Source: Dehalococcoidia bacterium
GTDB taxonomy: Bacteria > Chloroflexota > Dehalococcoidia > Plut-88900
Length of the DNA stretch: 64,000 nucleotides
Direction of reading: 5' to 3'
Assembly (NCBI GenBank): GCA_965197585.1
Contig: OZ240215.1
Location: 2,240,001-2,304,000, forward strand
Positions 28,486 to 39,133 of the stretch are shown one piece after another (within the stretch, counting starts at the first letter, position 1; each line of letters starts with the position of its first letter). The translations under genes were made by a program, and so were the position numbers. The notes under the pieces were generated by a model that was not told where the DNA came from, made no database searches, and saw nothing but the letters and a program-made list of their open reading frames with translations.

Positions 28486-31401
28486 GTGACCCTAGCCGCC
28501 AGCGCCGATACCGCCCTCGCCCGAGACCTCGCCGCCGAACTCGAAAGACGCGTCTCCGGAGAAGTCCGCCTCGACGATTTCTCCCGCACCCTCTACAGCA
28601 CCGACGCCAGCATCTACCAGATGAAGCCCGTCGGCGTCGTAACGCCCCGTGATGCCGACGACGTCGTAGCCGTCGTCGAGCTCGCCAACCGGGAGGGTAT
28701 CCCCGTCCTGCCCAGGGGCGCCGGCACCAGCCTCTCCGGCCAGACCGTCAACCACGCCATCGTCCTGGACTTCAGCAGGTACCTCAACCGGCTTCTGGAG
28801 GTGAACCCGGAGGAGGGTTGGGCCCGAGTGGAGCCGGGCATCGTAGTTGCTGCCCTCAACCGCCAGGTCGCCGGCCATCGTCTCCATTACGCCCCTGACC
28901 CCTCGACAGTAAACCGCGCCACCGTCGGCGGTGGCATAGGCAACAACTCCTGCGGCACGCACTCCGTCCTCTTTGGCAAGACCCTAGATCAGGTCCTGGA
29001 GCTCGACACCATACTCTCCGACAGTACAAGAGCCCGGCTAGGCCCCATATCACCAAGTAGCTTGGAGTACAGGCTTTCGGGGCCCGGCCTCCTCGGTAAC
29101 GCCTATCGTGAGACCGCCCGCCTCGCCGAGGCCAACCGCTCAGAGATAGAAGCCCGCTACCCAAAGATTATGCGCCGTGTCAGCGGCTACAACCTCGACG
29201 AATTCCTGGACCCGGACCCCTTCAACCTTGCCCGCATCGTCGTCGGCTCCGAAGGCACCCTCTGCACCATCACCGAGGCCAAGGTCAAGCTCGAACCCTT
29301 GCCCAACGCCACCGGCGTCGCCGCCCTCCACTTCGAGGACATCTTCCAAGCCTGCGACTCCACGCCCGCAATCATCGAACACGGACCTTCCGCCGTGGAG
29401 TTCATAGACGATATGATCATCCGGCAGACTCGTGCATCCCTCGGACTCAAGCGCTACATAGACTTCCTGCAGGGCGACCCCGGCGGCCTCGTTCTCGTCG
29501 AGTTCTTCGGCGATTCGGAGGCGGAGGTCAAGTCCAAGCTGGAGAGCTTCAAGGCCGACATGGAGCGCAAGAGGCTAGGCTACGCCTGCGTCAACCTCCT
29601 CGCAAAGGAGGACCAGGCAAAGGCTTGGGCCGTCCGCAAGGCGGGGCTCGGGCTGCTCATGGGCGTCCGCGGCGACGCCAAGCCCATCCCTTTCGTTGAG
29701 GATACAGCCGTGGATCCCAACCGGCTCGGAGAGTTTGGCCGCCGCTTCGACCAGATCGTCCAAGCCCACCATACCACTGCCTCCTACTACGGCCACGCCA
29801 GCGTCGGCTGCCTCCACATCCGACCCCTGGTCAACCTCAAAAATGGCCCCGGCATCCGGCAGATGGAGTCCATCGCCGAGGCTATAACCGACCTCGTCCT
29901 CGAGTTTGGCGGCTCCCTCAGCGGCGAACACGGCGACGGCATAGTCCGCGGCGTCTGGACCGAGAAGATGTTTGGCCGGAAGCTCTACGATTCCTTCGTC
30001 GAGCTCAAGGACGCCTTCGACCCCAAGCGCATAATGAACCCCGGCAAGATCATCGAGTGCCCCCCCATGTCGGAAAACCTGCGCTACGGCACGGACTATC
30101 GGGCCCAGAGCCTCAACACCCGCATGGACTTCTCGTCCTTCGAAGGCTACGCCGGGGCCGTCGAGATGTGCAACGGCATGGGTGAGTGCCGAAAGTCGGA
30201 CGGTGTCATGTGCCCTTCTTTCCAGGCTACCCGTGAAGAAGAGCACTCCACCCGTGGACGCGCCAACCTCTTGCGGGCGTCCCTCTCCGGGGCCCTGCCC
30301 CACGACACCATGATCAGCAAGCGCCTCCACGACGCCCTAGACCTCTGCCTCGAGTGCAAGGGCTGCAAGGCCGAATGTCCCTCCAACGTGGATATGGCCA
30401 AGCTCAAGTATGAGTTCCTGGAACGGTACAACGCCGCCAACGGCACGCCCCTCCGGGCCCGGATCTTTTCCGAGATAAGCCTGATAAACCGGCTGGGTTC
30501 CGCTCTCGCTCCCTTCTCCAACTGGCTCGCCAACTTCCCCGGGGTCCGAAGCCTCAATCACCGATTCCTCGGCATCCACAAGAACCGCTCACTGCCCCCC
30601 TTTGCCAGCCCCGGCCTAGGGCAATGGTTCAAAAACCACCAACCCCTCAGCTCCGGGTCCCGAGGCGAGGTCATCCTCTTCAACGACACCTTTATGACTT
30701 ACAACTACCCATCCGTCGGTATAGCTGCCGTCGAGTTGCTGGAGCTGGCAGGCTATCGAGTGCGTCTCGCCAACGTGCGATGCTGTGGCCGCCCCATGAT
30801 CTCCAAAGGTATGCTAAAGCGCGCCCGAGGCAACGCCCGCTACAACGTCGACCGTCTGTTTGAAGCCGCCTCCAAGGGTACCCCCATAATCGGCTGCGAG
30901 CCCAGCTGCCTCCTCGCCTTCCGTGATGAGTACCCCGACCTCCTCCAGGACGAAAAATCCAAAGTCGTGGCCGAAAACAGCTTCATGATCGACGAGTTCC
31001 TGGCCAAGCTATCGGAAGAGGGAGCCTTGGATTTGGCCTTCTCTGGACAACCGCGTAAAGTCCTATTCCACGGACACTGTCATCAGAAGGCCCTCGTCGG
31101 CGTAGAAGCAGCCAAGACCGCCCTCTCTCTCGCCCCCGGTCACCAGGTGGAAGTGATCGACTCCGGGTGCTGCGGCATGGCCGGAGCCTTCGGCTACGAA
31201 AAGGAGCACTACGACCTATCGATGCAGATAGGCGGCATGAAGCTCTTCCCAGCCATCGAGGCCAAGGGTCAGGAGTGGGACGTGGCGGTCATGGGTGTTT
31301 CCTGCCGTCAGCAGGTCGAGCACGGCACAGGCCGCCGCGCCCGTCACCTCGTAGAAGTCCTCCGCGACTCCGTCCTCACCGAGGGCATCCCCCTAGCCTG
31401 A
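28486..31401 (+). CDS. FAD-binding plus Fe-S oxidoreductase (YdiJ / GlcD-GlcF fusion type)
   Basis: RGAGTSLSGQ, GEHGDG, CxxCxxCxxxCP and CCG domains. Confidence 0.93.
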   Translation: MTLAASADTALARDLAAELERRVSGEVRLDDFSRTLYSTDASIYQMKPVGVVTPRDADDVVAVVELANREGIPVLPRGAGTSLSGQTVNHAIVLDFSRYLNRLLEVNPEEGWARVEPGIVVAALNRQVAGHRLHYAPDPSTVNRATVGGGIGNNSCGTHSVLFGKTLDQVLELDTILSDSTRARLGPISPSSLEYRLSGPGLLGNAYRETARLAEANRSEIEARYPKIMRRVSGYNLDEFLDPDPFNLARIVVGSEGTLCTITEAKVKLEPLPNATGVAALHFEDIFQACDSTPAIIEHGPSAVEFIDDMIIRQTRASLGLKRYIDFLQGDPGGLVLVEFFGDSEAEVKSKLESFKADMERKRLGYACVNLLAKEDQAKAWAVRKAGLGLLMGVRGDAKPIPFVEDTAVDPNRLGEFGRRFDQIVQAHHTTASYYGHASVGCLHIRPLVNLKNGPGIRQMESIAEAITDLVLEFGGSLSGEHGDGIVRGVWTEKMFGRKLYDSFVELKDAFDPKRIMNPGKIIECPPMSENLRYGTDYRAQSLNTRMDFSSFEGYAGAVEMCNGMGECRKSDGVMCPSFQATREEEHSTRGRANLLRASLSGALPHDTMISKRLHDALDLCLECKGCKAECPSNVDMAKLKYEFLERYNAANGTPLRARIFSEISLINRLGSALAPFSNWLANFPGVRSLNHRFLGIHKNRSLPPFASPGLGQWFKNHQPLSSGSRGEVILFNDTFMTYNYPSVGIAAVELLELAGYRVRLANVRCCGRPMISKGMLKRARGNARYNVDRLFEAASKGTPIIGCEPSCLLAFRDEYPDLLQDEKSKVVAENSFMIDEFLAKLSEEGALDLAFSGQPRKVLFHGHCHQKALVGVEAAKTALSLAPGHQVEVIDSGCCGMAGAFGYEKEHYDLSMQIGGMKLFPAIEAKGQEWDVAVMGVSCRQQVEHGTGRRARHLVEVLRDSVLTEGIPLA

Positions 31402-31510
31402 CCTCGATACGCTTATCATCATTCCTGCGGAGGCAGGCCAAAGGTGCTGAAAGTGCGCCTATGGAGTGCGCCGTGGCGTGAATCCAGAGGCGGGGTTCGG
31501 GGGCGGGGCC

Positions 31511-32485
31511 CTAGACCAGCGGCACTACCTCTTCCGCAAACCGCTCTATCTGCTCCCGCGCGTACTCCGCAGACGCCGACCCCCGATAGCTGAAGTCCAG
31601 CAGTAAGTGGTCCACACCCGCGTCCAGAAAGCCCCTTACCCTTTCCGCACACGTCTCCGGGGAGCCGACTATCGTCATATCTTCCGGCTTCACCCCCGTC
31701 GCAGTCAGCCGAATGCACTCCCGCAACCGAGGCACAACCTCGCTCTCAACTTTGCTCTCGTCGTCCACTATGGCCACGAAATTCATCAGGCTGATCTTGA
31801 GGGAAGACCCCGTCCGCTGGTTCTCCTCCTCGATTGTCGGCATCCACTGCTCCCTTATCTCCTCGACTGGCATTGGTGCAGGGAGAATGTGGGTGGCATA
31901 CCGAGCCGCTCTCGGTATCGACGGAATACCCCCGCCGTACCATATCGGCGGGTAGGGCTTCTGCATGGGTTTAGGGTCGAGGGTTACATCCGAAAGCTGG
32001 TAATACCTACCCTCGTGGTCGACACCGTCCTCAGTCCAGAGTCGGGTGATCACTTCCATCTGCTCATCCGTGACCCGAGCCCTGCGTTTGTGATGCTCCT
32101 CCACCCCCGCCATTTTGAAGTCCCCCGGTGACCATCCCATGCACATCCCCGGTATCAGCCTCCCCCCGGATATCACGTCGATGGTCGAGAGGTTCTTGGC
32201 CCAGAAATAGGGCGGGAGCAGCGGTAGGATGAGCGAATGGATCCCGAGACGCAGGTTTTTCGTGACTGCAAAGAGGGAGGGAAGTAAAGCCAGTGGGTCG
32301 AACAGGTGGTGACTGCTGAACTGATCGAACATAGGGGCATGGGGCAGGGTCATGTGATATGGGAATCCGGCGGAGTAATACCCCAGCCGGTCCAGCTGCT
32401 TCACCACATCCGACAGCGAGTCCAGTGTTGGCGGCGTTGCGCCCCACCCGTACAAATACGCGCTGAACCTGCTTATGTCACCCAT
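31511..32485 (-). CDS. LLM-class oxidoreductase
   Basis: DVISGGRL, PKPMQKPYPPIWYGG. Confidence 0.9.
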   Translation of the reverse strand: MGDISRFSAYLYGWGATPPTLDSLSDVVKQLDRLGYYSAGFPYHMTLPHAPMFDQFSSHHLFDPLALLPSLFAVTKNLRLGIHSLILPLLPPYFWAKNLSTIDVISGGRLIPGMCMGWSPGDFKMAGVEEHHKRRARVTDEQMEVITRLWTEDGVDHEGRYYQLSDVTLDPKPMQKPYPPIWYGGGIPSIPRAARYATHILPAPMPVEEIREQWMPTIEEENQRTGSSLKISLMNFVAIVDDESKVESEVVPRLRECIRLTATGVKPEDMTIVGSPETCAERVRGFLDAGVDHLLLDFSYRGSASAEYAREQIERFAEEVVPLV

Positions 32486-32689
32486 GTACTAAGCCCATAT
32501 CCTTTCTCGGAAGGAACTACCCTCACATAACTCGTATTGGAGGGGCTGGGGCCGCTCGTGCTGTCGAAGATCCGCCGAGGCGGGAGGCTCTCGAAGTATG
32601 AGCGGGGGGAGTCTTATACCCTCTCCCTTGACGGGAGAGCGTGATCCCCAATATATACGGCCATTGTTCTTCAGGGAAGGAAAGGTCCC

Positions 32690-32893
32690 CTACGCCCTCG
32701 CCTTCATCCTCTCCGACAGCATCTCCCCGCCCATGGCCCAGTGCTCGCCTGCCGTCTCGGTGATGATAACGTGAACGGACTCCGCCGAGGGTGTGCCCGC
32801 TATGTTAACCATGGCGTCGGTCATAGCCTTGACCAGGTCCGATTTCTGAGTCTCGCTCCGGCCTGGCAGCATCTCTACTCTGACTATAGGCAT
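32690..32893 (-). CDS. 4-oxalocrotonate tautomerase family
   Basis: N-terminal Pro1, GRSETQK, WAMGG. Confidence 0.9.
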   Translation of the reverse strand: MPIVRVEMLPGRSETQKSDLVKAMTDAMVNIAGTPSAESVHVIITETAGEHWAMGGEMLSERMKARA

Positions 32894-32967
32894 ATCCGTA
32901 CTCCTTGATGTGATGGGACCTTCAATACCGGGAACGGGGAGATATTATCAGGATGAGTCGGATGACG

Positions 32968-34341
32968 CTACCGAGGCGGCAGTGCAAACGGAAACGCCAC
33001 AGATGGGTTCCTGTCCAACAGCCGACGCCATAACGACTGTCCCATCTCCTCCGCCCGCGCCACGATATCCTCCTCATCGATGGTCAGCAGCTTCCCATCT
33101 CGCATCAGCCAATGCCCGTCCACCATTACCGCTTCCACGTCGTCCGCCTGCCCGTTGTGTATGTACGCCGACACAATCCGGTGGTTCGGCGCCAGGTGAG
33201 GCCTGAACGTGTCTATCATGAACAGGTCGGCCTTCTTACCCACCTCCAGGCTCCCCACCTGGTCCCCGAGCCCCAAGGCACGGGCGCTCCCCATAGTCCC
33301 CCACTCCAATACCTGCTCAGGCTGCGGCGACATCGGTGTGTGCCGGCGCACCCTCTCGGCGAACAGCCCGGTCCTCAACACGTGGAGCATGTTCTCGTCC
33401 ATGTTGTCCGACCCCATTCCGATGTTGGAACCCGCCTCTTCCAATTCCCTGGCCGGGGCCGCCGCCCCTCGTCGTGCGGCAATGGCCGGGTTGAACGACA
33501 CATTCGTCCGCGTCTGCCCCATCAACGCTATCTCCGAATCATCCAGGTAGCGACAGTGTGCAGCAACCACCCTCGGGCCCAAGGCGCCGTTAACGTACAG
33601 GTACTGGGTCGGCCTCACCCCCCTTGTACGCATCACCGCCTGTATTTCGTCGTAGCTTTCGCTCAAATGCACCGTCATCCCAATGTCGTACTGGTCTGCT
33701 ACCCGGCGGCACTCCTGCAACAGCTCTGGCGAGCAGTATTCGGGAGTAGACGGGGAAGTCATGCACGTCACCCGACCCTCGGCTCCGTCATTCCAACCCT
33801 CGATCAGATCAACACTCTTCCGCATCCCTTCGTCCGCCTTGGCCGGGATGAAGCTGTACTCGCTCCTTCGCACCAGCTCCATATCCACGTCCTCGACATA
33901 CTCCGCCAGCGCCATCCTCATCCCCGTGTCGGCGAGACTTTGCGCGTAGTTCGCTATGTCCTTCTCGATCTCCAGCACGCATGTCGCCCCACTCCGGATC
34001 GACTCTATAACCCCGAGAACGGCAAAAACGTTGTCTTCCTCTTTGCCCATCAATGACCGGGTGTCCTCGGGGAACCTGAGTGTTGTAGGAAATCCCGTAT
34101 CCTCCAGGATTCCCCGATTGATAGTCTTCAGAAGATGAGTGTGGGCGTTAATCAGCCCCGGAAACACCGCCTTTCTTCGACCATCCACCACCTCCGCCCC
34201 AGGGAACCGCGCCCCTACCTCTTCCGAGTTTCCCAGCGCGGCAATCTTCCCATCCTCAATCGCAATCGCCTTATCGTGAAGAATGGTCCTACCAGGCCCC
34301 CCCGTCACAATAGTCGTATTCTTGATTACCGTCGCCGTCAT
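32968..34341 (-). CDS. Amidohydrolase (MtaD/AtzA-like deaminase family)
   Basis: PGLINAHTH, HLSES, AHC, GSD, GSLEVGKKAD. Confidence 0.92.
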   Translation of the reverse strand: MTATVIKNTTIVTGGPGRTILHDKAIAIEDGKIAALGNSEEVGARFPGAEVVDGRRKAVFPGLINAHTHLLKTINRGILEDTGFPTTLRFPEDTRSLMGKEEDNVFAVLGVIESIRSGATCVLEIEKDIANYAQSLADTGMRMALAEYVEDVDMELVRRSEYSFIPAKADEGMRKSVDLIEGWNDGAEGRVTCMTSPSTPEYCSPELLQECRRVADQYDIGMTVHLSESYDEIQAVMRTRGVRPTQYLYVNGALGPRVVAAHCRYLDDSEIALMGQTRTNVSFNPAIAARRGAAAPARELEEAGSNIGMGSDNMDENMLHVLRTGLFAERVRRHTPMSPQPEQVLEWGTMGSARALGLGDQVGSLEVGKKADLFMIDTFRPHLAPNHRIVSAYIHNGQADDVEAVMVDGHWLMRDGKLLTIDEEDIVARAEEMGQSLWRRLLDRNPSVAFPFALPPR

Positions 34342-34417
34342 TTCAGAGTTCCTTGTGATCCGAATGCCTGCTCCCTAACACCACGCGTACCCAGTCGGGC
34401 TATAATAACCCCAACCC

Positions 34418-35140
34418 ATGATCAACAACAGATGGTCCAAACTTTCCGCCGCCTTACTCCTCGCCCTCATCCTTGTTGCCACAGCCGCCTGCGCCACGCC
34501 CGTTGCCGTCGAAGAAACCCCACCCTCCACCTCCGAGCCGACGCAAGAAGTCCCACTCCCCACCCCCAAGCCAACGGTTCAGCCCACCCCCACCCCCCTA
34601 CCGACAGTGACACCGGCGCCGGACCCCACTGCCGAGCAGGATCCATCCACTAGGCTCGGCATTAAGGAAACCCCCAACCCAGACGGCCTCCCCATCGGCT
34701 CTGAGATCGGCTACCTCGCCCCCGACTTCCGCCTGGAGACTGAGCATGGTGACATAGTAGTCCTTAGTGATTTCCGTGGCCGGCCCGTCTTCATCAACTT
34801 CTTCGCCGTCTGGTGTGGCCCCTGCCGCTTCGAAATGCCGGAGATCGAGAGTATCTACAACTCTCTCGGGGACGACTTGGTGGTGCTTACGGTGGATGTC
34901 CGGGAATCGTCGGAGAGGGTCAAAGCCTACAAGGAGTTGCTGGGACTAACCATGCCGACGGTCATGGACACCCACCGGCAGGTCGCCACCGCCTACCAGG
35001 TCCCCGGCCTGCCCTGGACCTACATCCTGGACGATACGGGCGTGGTCCGGCACATAAAGTTCGGCGCATTCCTCAGCAGGGAAGAGATAATCGCCGCCCT
35101 CGGCACGGTCGGCATCGCCGAAGAGTCGGACTCCGGCTAA
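34418..35140 (+). CDS. TlpA-family thiol-disulfide redoxin lipoprotein
   Basis: Lipobox TAAC, Pro/Thr linker, WCGPCRFEMP. Confidence 0.9.
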   Translation: MINNRWSKLSAALLLALILVATAACATPVAVEETPPSTSEPTQEVPLPTPKPTVQPTPTPLPTVTPAPDPTAEQDPSTRLGIKETPNPDGLPIGSEIGYLAPDFRLETEHGDIVVLSDFRGRPVFINFFAVWCGPCRFEMPEIESIYNSLGDDLVVLTVDVRESSERVKAYKELLGLTMPTVMDTHRQVATAYQVPGLPWTYILDDTGVVRHIKFGAFLSREEIIAALGTVGIAEESDSG

Positions 35141-35433
35141 ACTACACTCGGCTCGGCGAATCTTTCTACCTTGATCTCCTTGACCCTGTCCCGGGCCTGC
35201 CACAGATCGTAGGCCATCTGCATTCCCAGCCAGGTCTCCGGCGTAGAGCCAAACGCCTTCGAAAATCGGATCGCCATGTCCACCGACACCCCAGCCCTTC
35301 CATTAATCACGTTTGAAAGCGCCTGGCGAGTTACACCCAATCCATTAGCCGCCTTAGTCACCGTCAGCCCCAACGGCTCCAAGCACTCATATTTGACTAT
35401 CTCTCCCGGGTGGCATGGGTTTGCCATAGGCAT
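35137..35433 (-). CDS. higA: HigA-family antitoxin (orphan)
   Basis: HPGEI, HTH, WLGMQMAYDLW. Confidence 0.9.
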   Translation of the reverse strand: MPMANPCHPGEIVKYECLEPLGLTVTKAANGLGVTRQALSNVINGRAGVSVDMAIRFSKAFGSTPETWLGMQMAYDLWQARDRVKEIKVERFAEPSVV

Positions 35434-35460
35434 AATCTCACCTCGTAATTGACCCCTAGC

Positions 35461-36102
35461 CTACACCACCACCGCCCCCGACACCACATACACCGGATCA
35501 CAGTAAATCCCGAGCCTCGGACTGATATCCCTCGCCTCCGGCTCCCCCCACCCTCCCGACCGGCGGAAATACGCCCCCACCAGCCGCCCTCGGTCTTCAT
35601 CCGAAAGCGCCTTCCATATCGCCGTCGCCTTTGTCGGGAACATCCGGTTCGAAAAGATCACGTGGAACCGGGCCCCTGGCTTCAAGACCCGGGCCACCTC
35701 CTCAAACACTAGTTCCGGCTTGGTCATGTACTGCACTGATACCGTCAATATCGCCGCGTCTAACGTGTCGTCTCGGAAAGGCAGTGTGGGGTTGGCGTTC
35801 AAATCGTGGACTAAGGCATCGTCGAGTTGCGGATTCTCCCGCATCTCCACTGCATTAAGACCCAGCCCCACCACCTTCCCCCTCGGCTGGCTTTCAGGGA
35901 GATGCGACCGCCAACTGCTCATCAGGTCCAATATCACCCCTCCCGAGGGCAGCGCCCCCGACAGGTACTCCCTAATCGCCTCAATAGCGAACTGATCGAT
36001 GTGGACTACCAGCCGTGGCTCGGCATAGAACACGGCATCCGGCCTCTCGTCGTCCCTGCGAAAGTGTTCAGGCCGGAATGGGGACTCAGGTTGCTCTGGC
36101 AT
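35461..36102 (-). CDS. Class I SAM-dependent methyltransferase
   Basis: LDLMSSW.SH, SVQY, FSNRMFPTKA. Confidence 0.88.
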   Translation of the reverse strand: MPEQPESPFRPEHFRRDDERPDAVFYAEPRLVVHIDQFAIEAIREYLSGALPSGGVILDLMSSWRSHLPESQPRGKVVGLGLNAVEMRENPQLDDALVHDLNANPTLPFRDDTLDAAILTVSVQYMTKPELVFEEVARVLKPGARFHVIFSNRMFPTKATAIWKALSDEDRGRLVGAYFRRSGGWGEPEARDISPRLGIYCDPVYVVSGAVVV

Positions 36103-36140
36103 GACTGTTCAGGATTCTTCCCTTCCCATTTGGCCCGTCC

Positions 36141-37403
36141 TTAGCTCTCTATCGCTCGTCTCGGTTTCCGGAGCAGCACTGAGCTCAGGACTAGGGTCAG
36201 GGGCATGAATGACGTGTAGAGCAAAGCTTGCTGCAGGTCCCCGGTGGCCTCCTGGATAAATCCCACCATCAGGGGCCCGATAGCCGCTCCCAAGGATATC
36301 GCTATCCGCAGAAATGCCTGGCTCACGGCCACTTCTCTCGGCTTGATGTTGGGCAGATAGAACACCATGCCCATTATCACCGCAAAGAACGCCGAGAACA
36401 CTCCCTTGAGCATTGTTAAAAGGATCACCAGTCCCGCAGGCTCGGTGTAGAGCAGGAGCACGATTAGTACGCATTTGGCGACACCGCACACCGTCAGGAC
36501 AAGGGACCTGTGCCGGTTGAAAAACCCTATCGCGTTTACACCTATCGAGCTCGGTGCCGCCGCAACCGCCGAGACCCCTACCGCAACTCCCACCATTGTC
36601 CCGGAAAGGTGTAGCTCGGTCTCTGCCAAGGTCGGCCAGAACACACTGAAGGCCATCTCCGCCAGCACCGCTCCCAGCAACCCGATGCTGGCGTACCACA
36701 GCTCCCGGTATTTCAGGACGCTCTTCAGCGGCGTGCCTTCCTTGGAAGGCGCTCCTTTTCGCTCCTCCCCCGTCCCCCGGTTCCTGCCGAGAACCAGCCA
36801 GGCCAGGGTCAGAGCCAGGCACACGAAGCCCCACACGTTCAGCGCCCTTCTCCAGTCCCCTGTCCAGACCACGATCAGCGGTGTAAGGAACGACACGATC
36901 CCCATCATCAAGTCCACGCTTCCAACAAGGATGCCGTTTGTCATGGCCAGTTGGCGTCTGCTGGACCACTGCTGAATCAACAGCACCCTCGGGGCTTGCG
37001 TGAACATAGTGCCCAGTGCCAGGCACCCCCTCCCGAGGAGCAGCACCGCAAACACCGGGGCCCGAGCCTGTATGAAGACCGACCCCGCAACTAAAAACAG
37101 CGCGAAGGCAAGCATTCGCCGCGGCTTGAATCGGGAACTCCACGTATTTATGGGCATCACCAGCACCAGGTTGGTGATCAGCGACGAGGAACCTACCAGT
37201 CCCTGCATCGTCGGCGACAGCCCAAGCTCTTTGGAGATGTCCGGCAGCAGCAGTCCGATGAAGAAGAGCATCGCCATGGACGTGGAGACGCCCGAGGCCA
37301 TTGCCCCAATCACCACCCATCGGTAACGGGGGATCGCATCCTGGGCGGCGAGACGGTGCGGAGACGATTCTTGAGAGATGACTGCCATGGTTACGACAGC
37401 CAT
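36141..37403 (-). CDS. MFS transporter
   Basis: About 12 hydrophobic segments; paralog of 42654. Confidence 0.88.
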   Translation of the reverse strand: MAVVTMAVISQESSPHRLAAQDAIPRYRWVVIGAMASGVSTSMAMLFFIGLLLPDISKELGLSPTMQGLVGSSSLITNLVLVMPINTWSSRFKPRRMLAFALFLVAGSVFIQARAPVFAVLLLGRGCLALGTMFTQAPRVLLIQQWSSRRQLAMTNGILVGSVDLMMGIVSFLTPLIVVWTGDWRRALNVWGFVCLALTLAWLVLGRNRGTGEERKGAPSKEGTPLKSVLKYRELWYASIGLLGAVLAEMAFSVFWPTLAETELHLSGTMVGVAVGVSAVAAAPSSIGVNAIGFFNRHRSLVLTVCGVAKCVLIVLLLYTEPAGLVILLTMLKGVFSAFFAVIMGMVFYLPNIKPREVAVSQAFLRIAISLGAAIGPLMVGFIQEATGDLQQALLYTSFMPLTLVLSSVLLRKPRRAIES

Positions 37404-37417
37404 TATAGGGGCAGCGG

Positions 37418-38671
37418 CTAGATGACCCCCGACTCCCGCATCTCGGTAACCTCATCCCAGTCGTACCCGCAGACCTCGGTAAGCACCTCTTCGGTGTGCT
37501 GCCCGAACTCCGGGGCCCCAGTACCGACCTTTGCCGGAGTCTTGGAGAATTTGATTGGCGGTCCCGTGGTCTTGGTAGTCCCCATGGTCGGGTGTTCAGT
37601 GTCTACCACGTACTCGTTGGCCAACGCTTGGGGGTCCTTCGCAGCCTCCGCAATCGTATTCACCAGCGTGTAGACGAACTTCACCTTCTTCTGCACGAAC
37701 AGGTCAGCCCACGCCGGTCTCGGCCTCGCTGCAAATGTCTCAATCAGAATGTCTCTGAATGCCGCCGCATTCTCCAGTCTGCCGGCCAGAGTGTTGAACC
37801 GCGGGTCGTCTACTAGCGCACCCAGCTCCAGCACGGAGCAGAACTCCTCCCAGACCCGTTCCGGATGAGGCTCGTTCAGCATTATCCACTGACCGTCGGC
37901 GCACCGGTACCAGTTGACGAACGGGTCCAACGACGCACGGCTCGATGTCCCAAAGGTGGCGTCGTTTTTCCAGAGGTACATGTGGTAGTTGTCGTGCTGC
38001 AGGTGAATGGCGCTCCCTAGCATCGAGGCTTCCACCGCCTGCCCCACCCCCTGCCTCTCCCTGGCAATCAGTGCCGCCATGATCCCGTAGGCCAGCATGG
38101 TCGCGCCCATCTGGTCGAAAGTCCCTCCCCCAACAATCAATGGCTCCCCGCCCTCGGCATTACCCATTCGGAACATGTAGCCGCTGTGCGCCTGTATCGA
38201 GGAATCGTACCCGTGCTTGTTCGCCAGCGGACCCCGAGTGCCGTAGGCCGTGTTGATCGCCCATATCAGCTTGGGGTTTATGGCCGAAAGGGCCTCGTAG
38301 TCCACGCCCAGCCGCTCAACCACGTCCATGGTGAAGTTGGTGAAGAAAACGTCGGCCTTGGAGATAAGCCGGCGGAGAACTTCCTTCCCCTGGGCGCTCT
38401 TCAAGTTTAGGGTTATGGCCCGCTTGCCGCGGTTCACCATCTCAAACCACAGGGCCCGGCCGCCAGGGATCTCCAGGTTGTGCCCGAAGGCCTGCGTCAC
38501 CCCCCTGCTCGGATCTCCGGTCACGGGTTGCTCTATCTTGATCACGTCCGCCCCCAGGTCTCCGAGCATGTATCCCGCGCCCCCACCGTTGTGCCAGACG
38601 GCCAGTTCAATAACCCTTATTCCGGACAGGGGCCCCATGGGTCGCGCCTCTTCTCCATTCGCCGATTCCAT
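37418..38671 (-). CDS. Family III (CaiB/BaiF) CoA-transferase
   Basis: LGDLGADVIKIE, NRGKR, FDQMG, APEFGQHTEEVL. Confidence 0.93.
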   Translation of the reverse strand: MESANGEEARPMGPLSGIRVIELAVWHNGGGAGYMLGDLGADVIKIEQPVTGDPSRGVTQAFGHNLEIPGGRALWFEMVNRGKRAITLNLKSAQGKEVLRRLISKADVFFTNFTMDVVERLGVDYEALSAINPKLIWAINTAYGTRGPLANKHGYDSSIQAHSGYMFRMGNAEGGEPLIVGGGTFDQMGATMLAYGIMAALIARERQGVGQAVEASMLGSAIHLQHDNYHMYLWKNDATFGTSSRASLDPFVNWYRCADGQWIMLNEPHPERVWEEFCSVLELGALVDDPRFNTLAGRLENAAAFRDILIETFAARPRPAWADLFVQKKVKFVYTLVNTIAEAAKDPQALANEYVVDTEHPTMGTTKTTGPPIKFSKTPAKVGTGAPEFGQHTEEVLTEVCGYDWDEVTEMRESGVI

Positions 38672-38799
38672 GTTGCGCCCCTTTTCCGTCTACTAAAAAT
38701 TGCCCGGAATGATAGACCTACCCCTATCTTTCGGCAACATTCGAAATTCGACCCAGCCCGGTATTGCGCGCGAACCGCAATTGCATTTATATTGGAATT

Positions 38800-38995
38800 A
38801 CACTCAGAAAGGAGGTGATCAATTGGATATTGATGATAGACGGACTTGTGAGGTGTCTGTAACGTAAACGGTTTGACACGTAGGGGGCGTCCCCCTGGGT
38901 TCCGTTTGCGGAATCCGTGCAGACGCCGGGCCCCGAAGCTCCCGGGTTGTCCACCGGGACGGCCATAGGCCGAAGTGCTTCGGGGCTTTCTCTTT
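38800..38995 (+). ncRNA. Candidate small structured transcript carrying a 14-codon sORF (38823-38867)
   Basis: Possible promoter TTGCGC-18-TATATT; extended SD AGAAAGGAGGTGATC; multibranch stems; closing stem GCCCCGAAGC / GCTTCGGGGC plus a U-rich tail. Confidence 0.45.
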
Positions 38996-39019
38996 CCCCC
39001 ACTTCCCCACCCCCCACAA

Positions 39020-39091
39020 GTCATTCCGGGCTCCGAACCTGAATCCAGAGGGGGGCCGCTCATCCTGAGCTGAGTCGAAGGGTCGAGCGGG
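39020..39091. repeat. Composite REP-like repeat (GTCATTCCGG..GAATCCAG + CCGCTCATCCTGAGC.GAGTCGAAGGGTCGAGCGG)
   Basis: Near-identical copy at 46797-46871. Confidence 0.8.
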
Positions 39092-39133
39092 AGTGGCACG
39101 CCATTGCTTTGTGAAAACAATCTATTGAGGTGC

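Noticed and set aside
38806-38820. 16S rRNA 3' end fragment on the minus strand
   Set aside because: The match is limited to about 15 nt; flanks are not rRNA-like.
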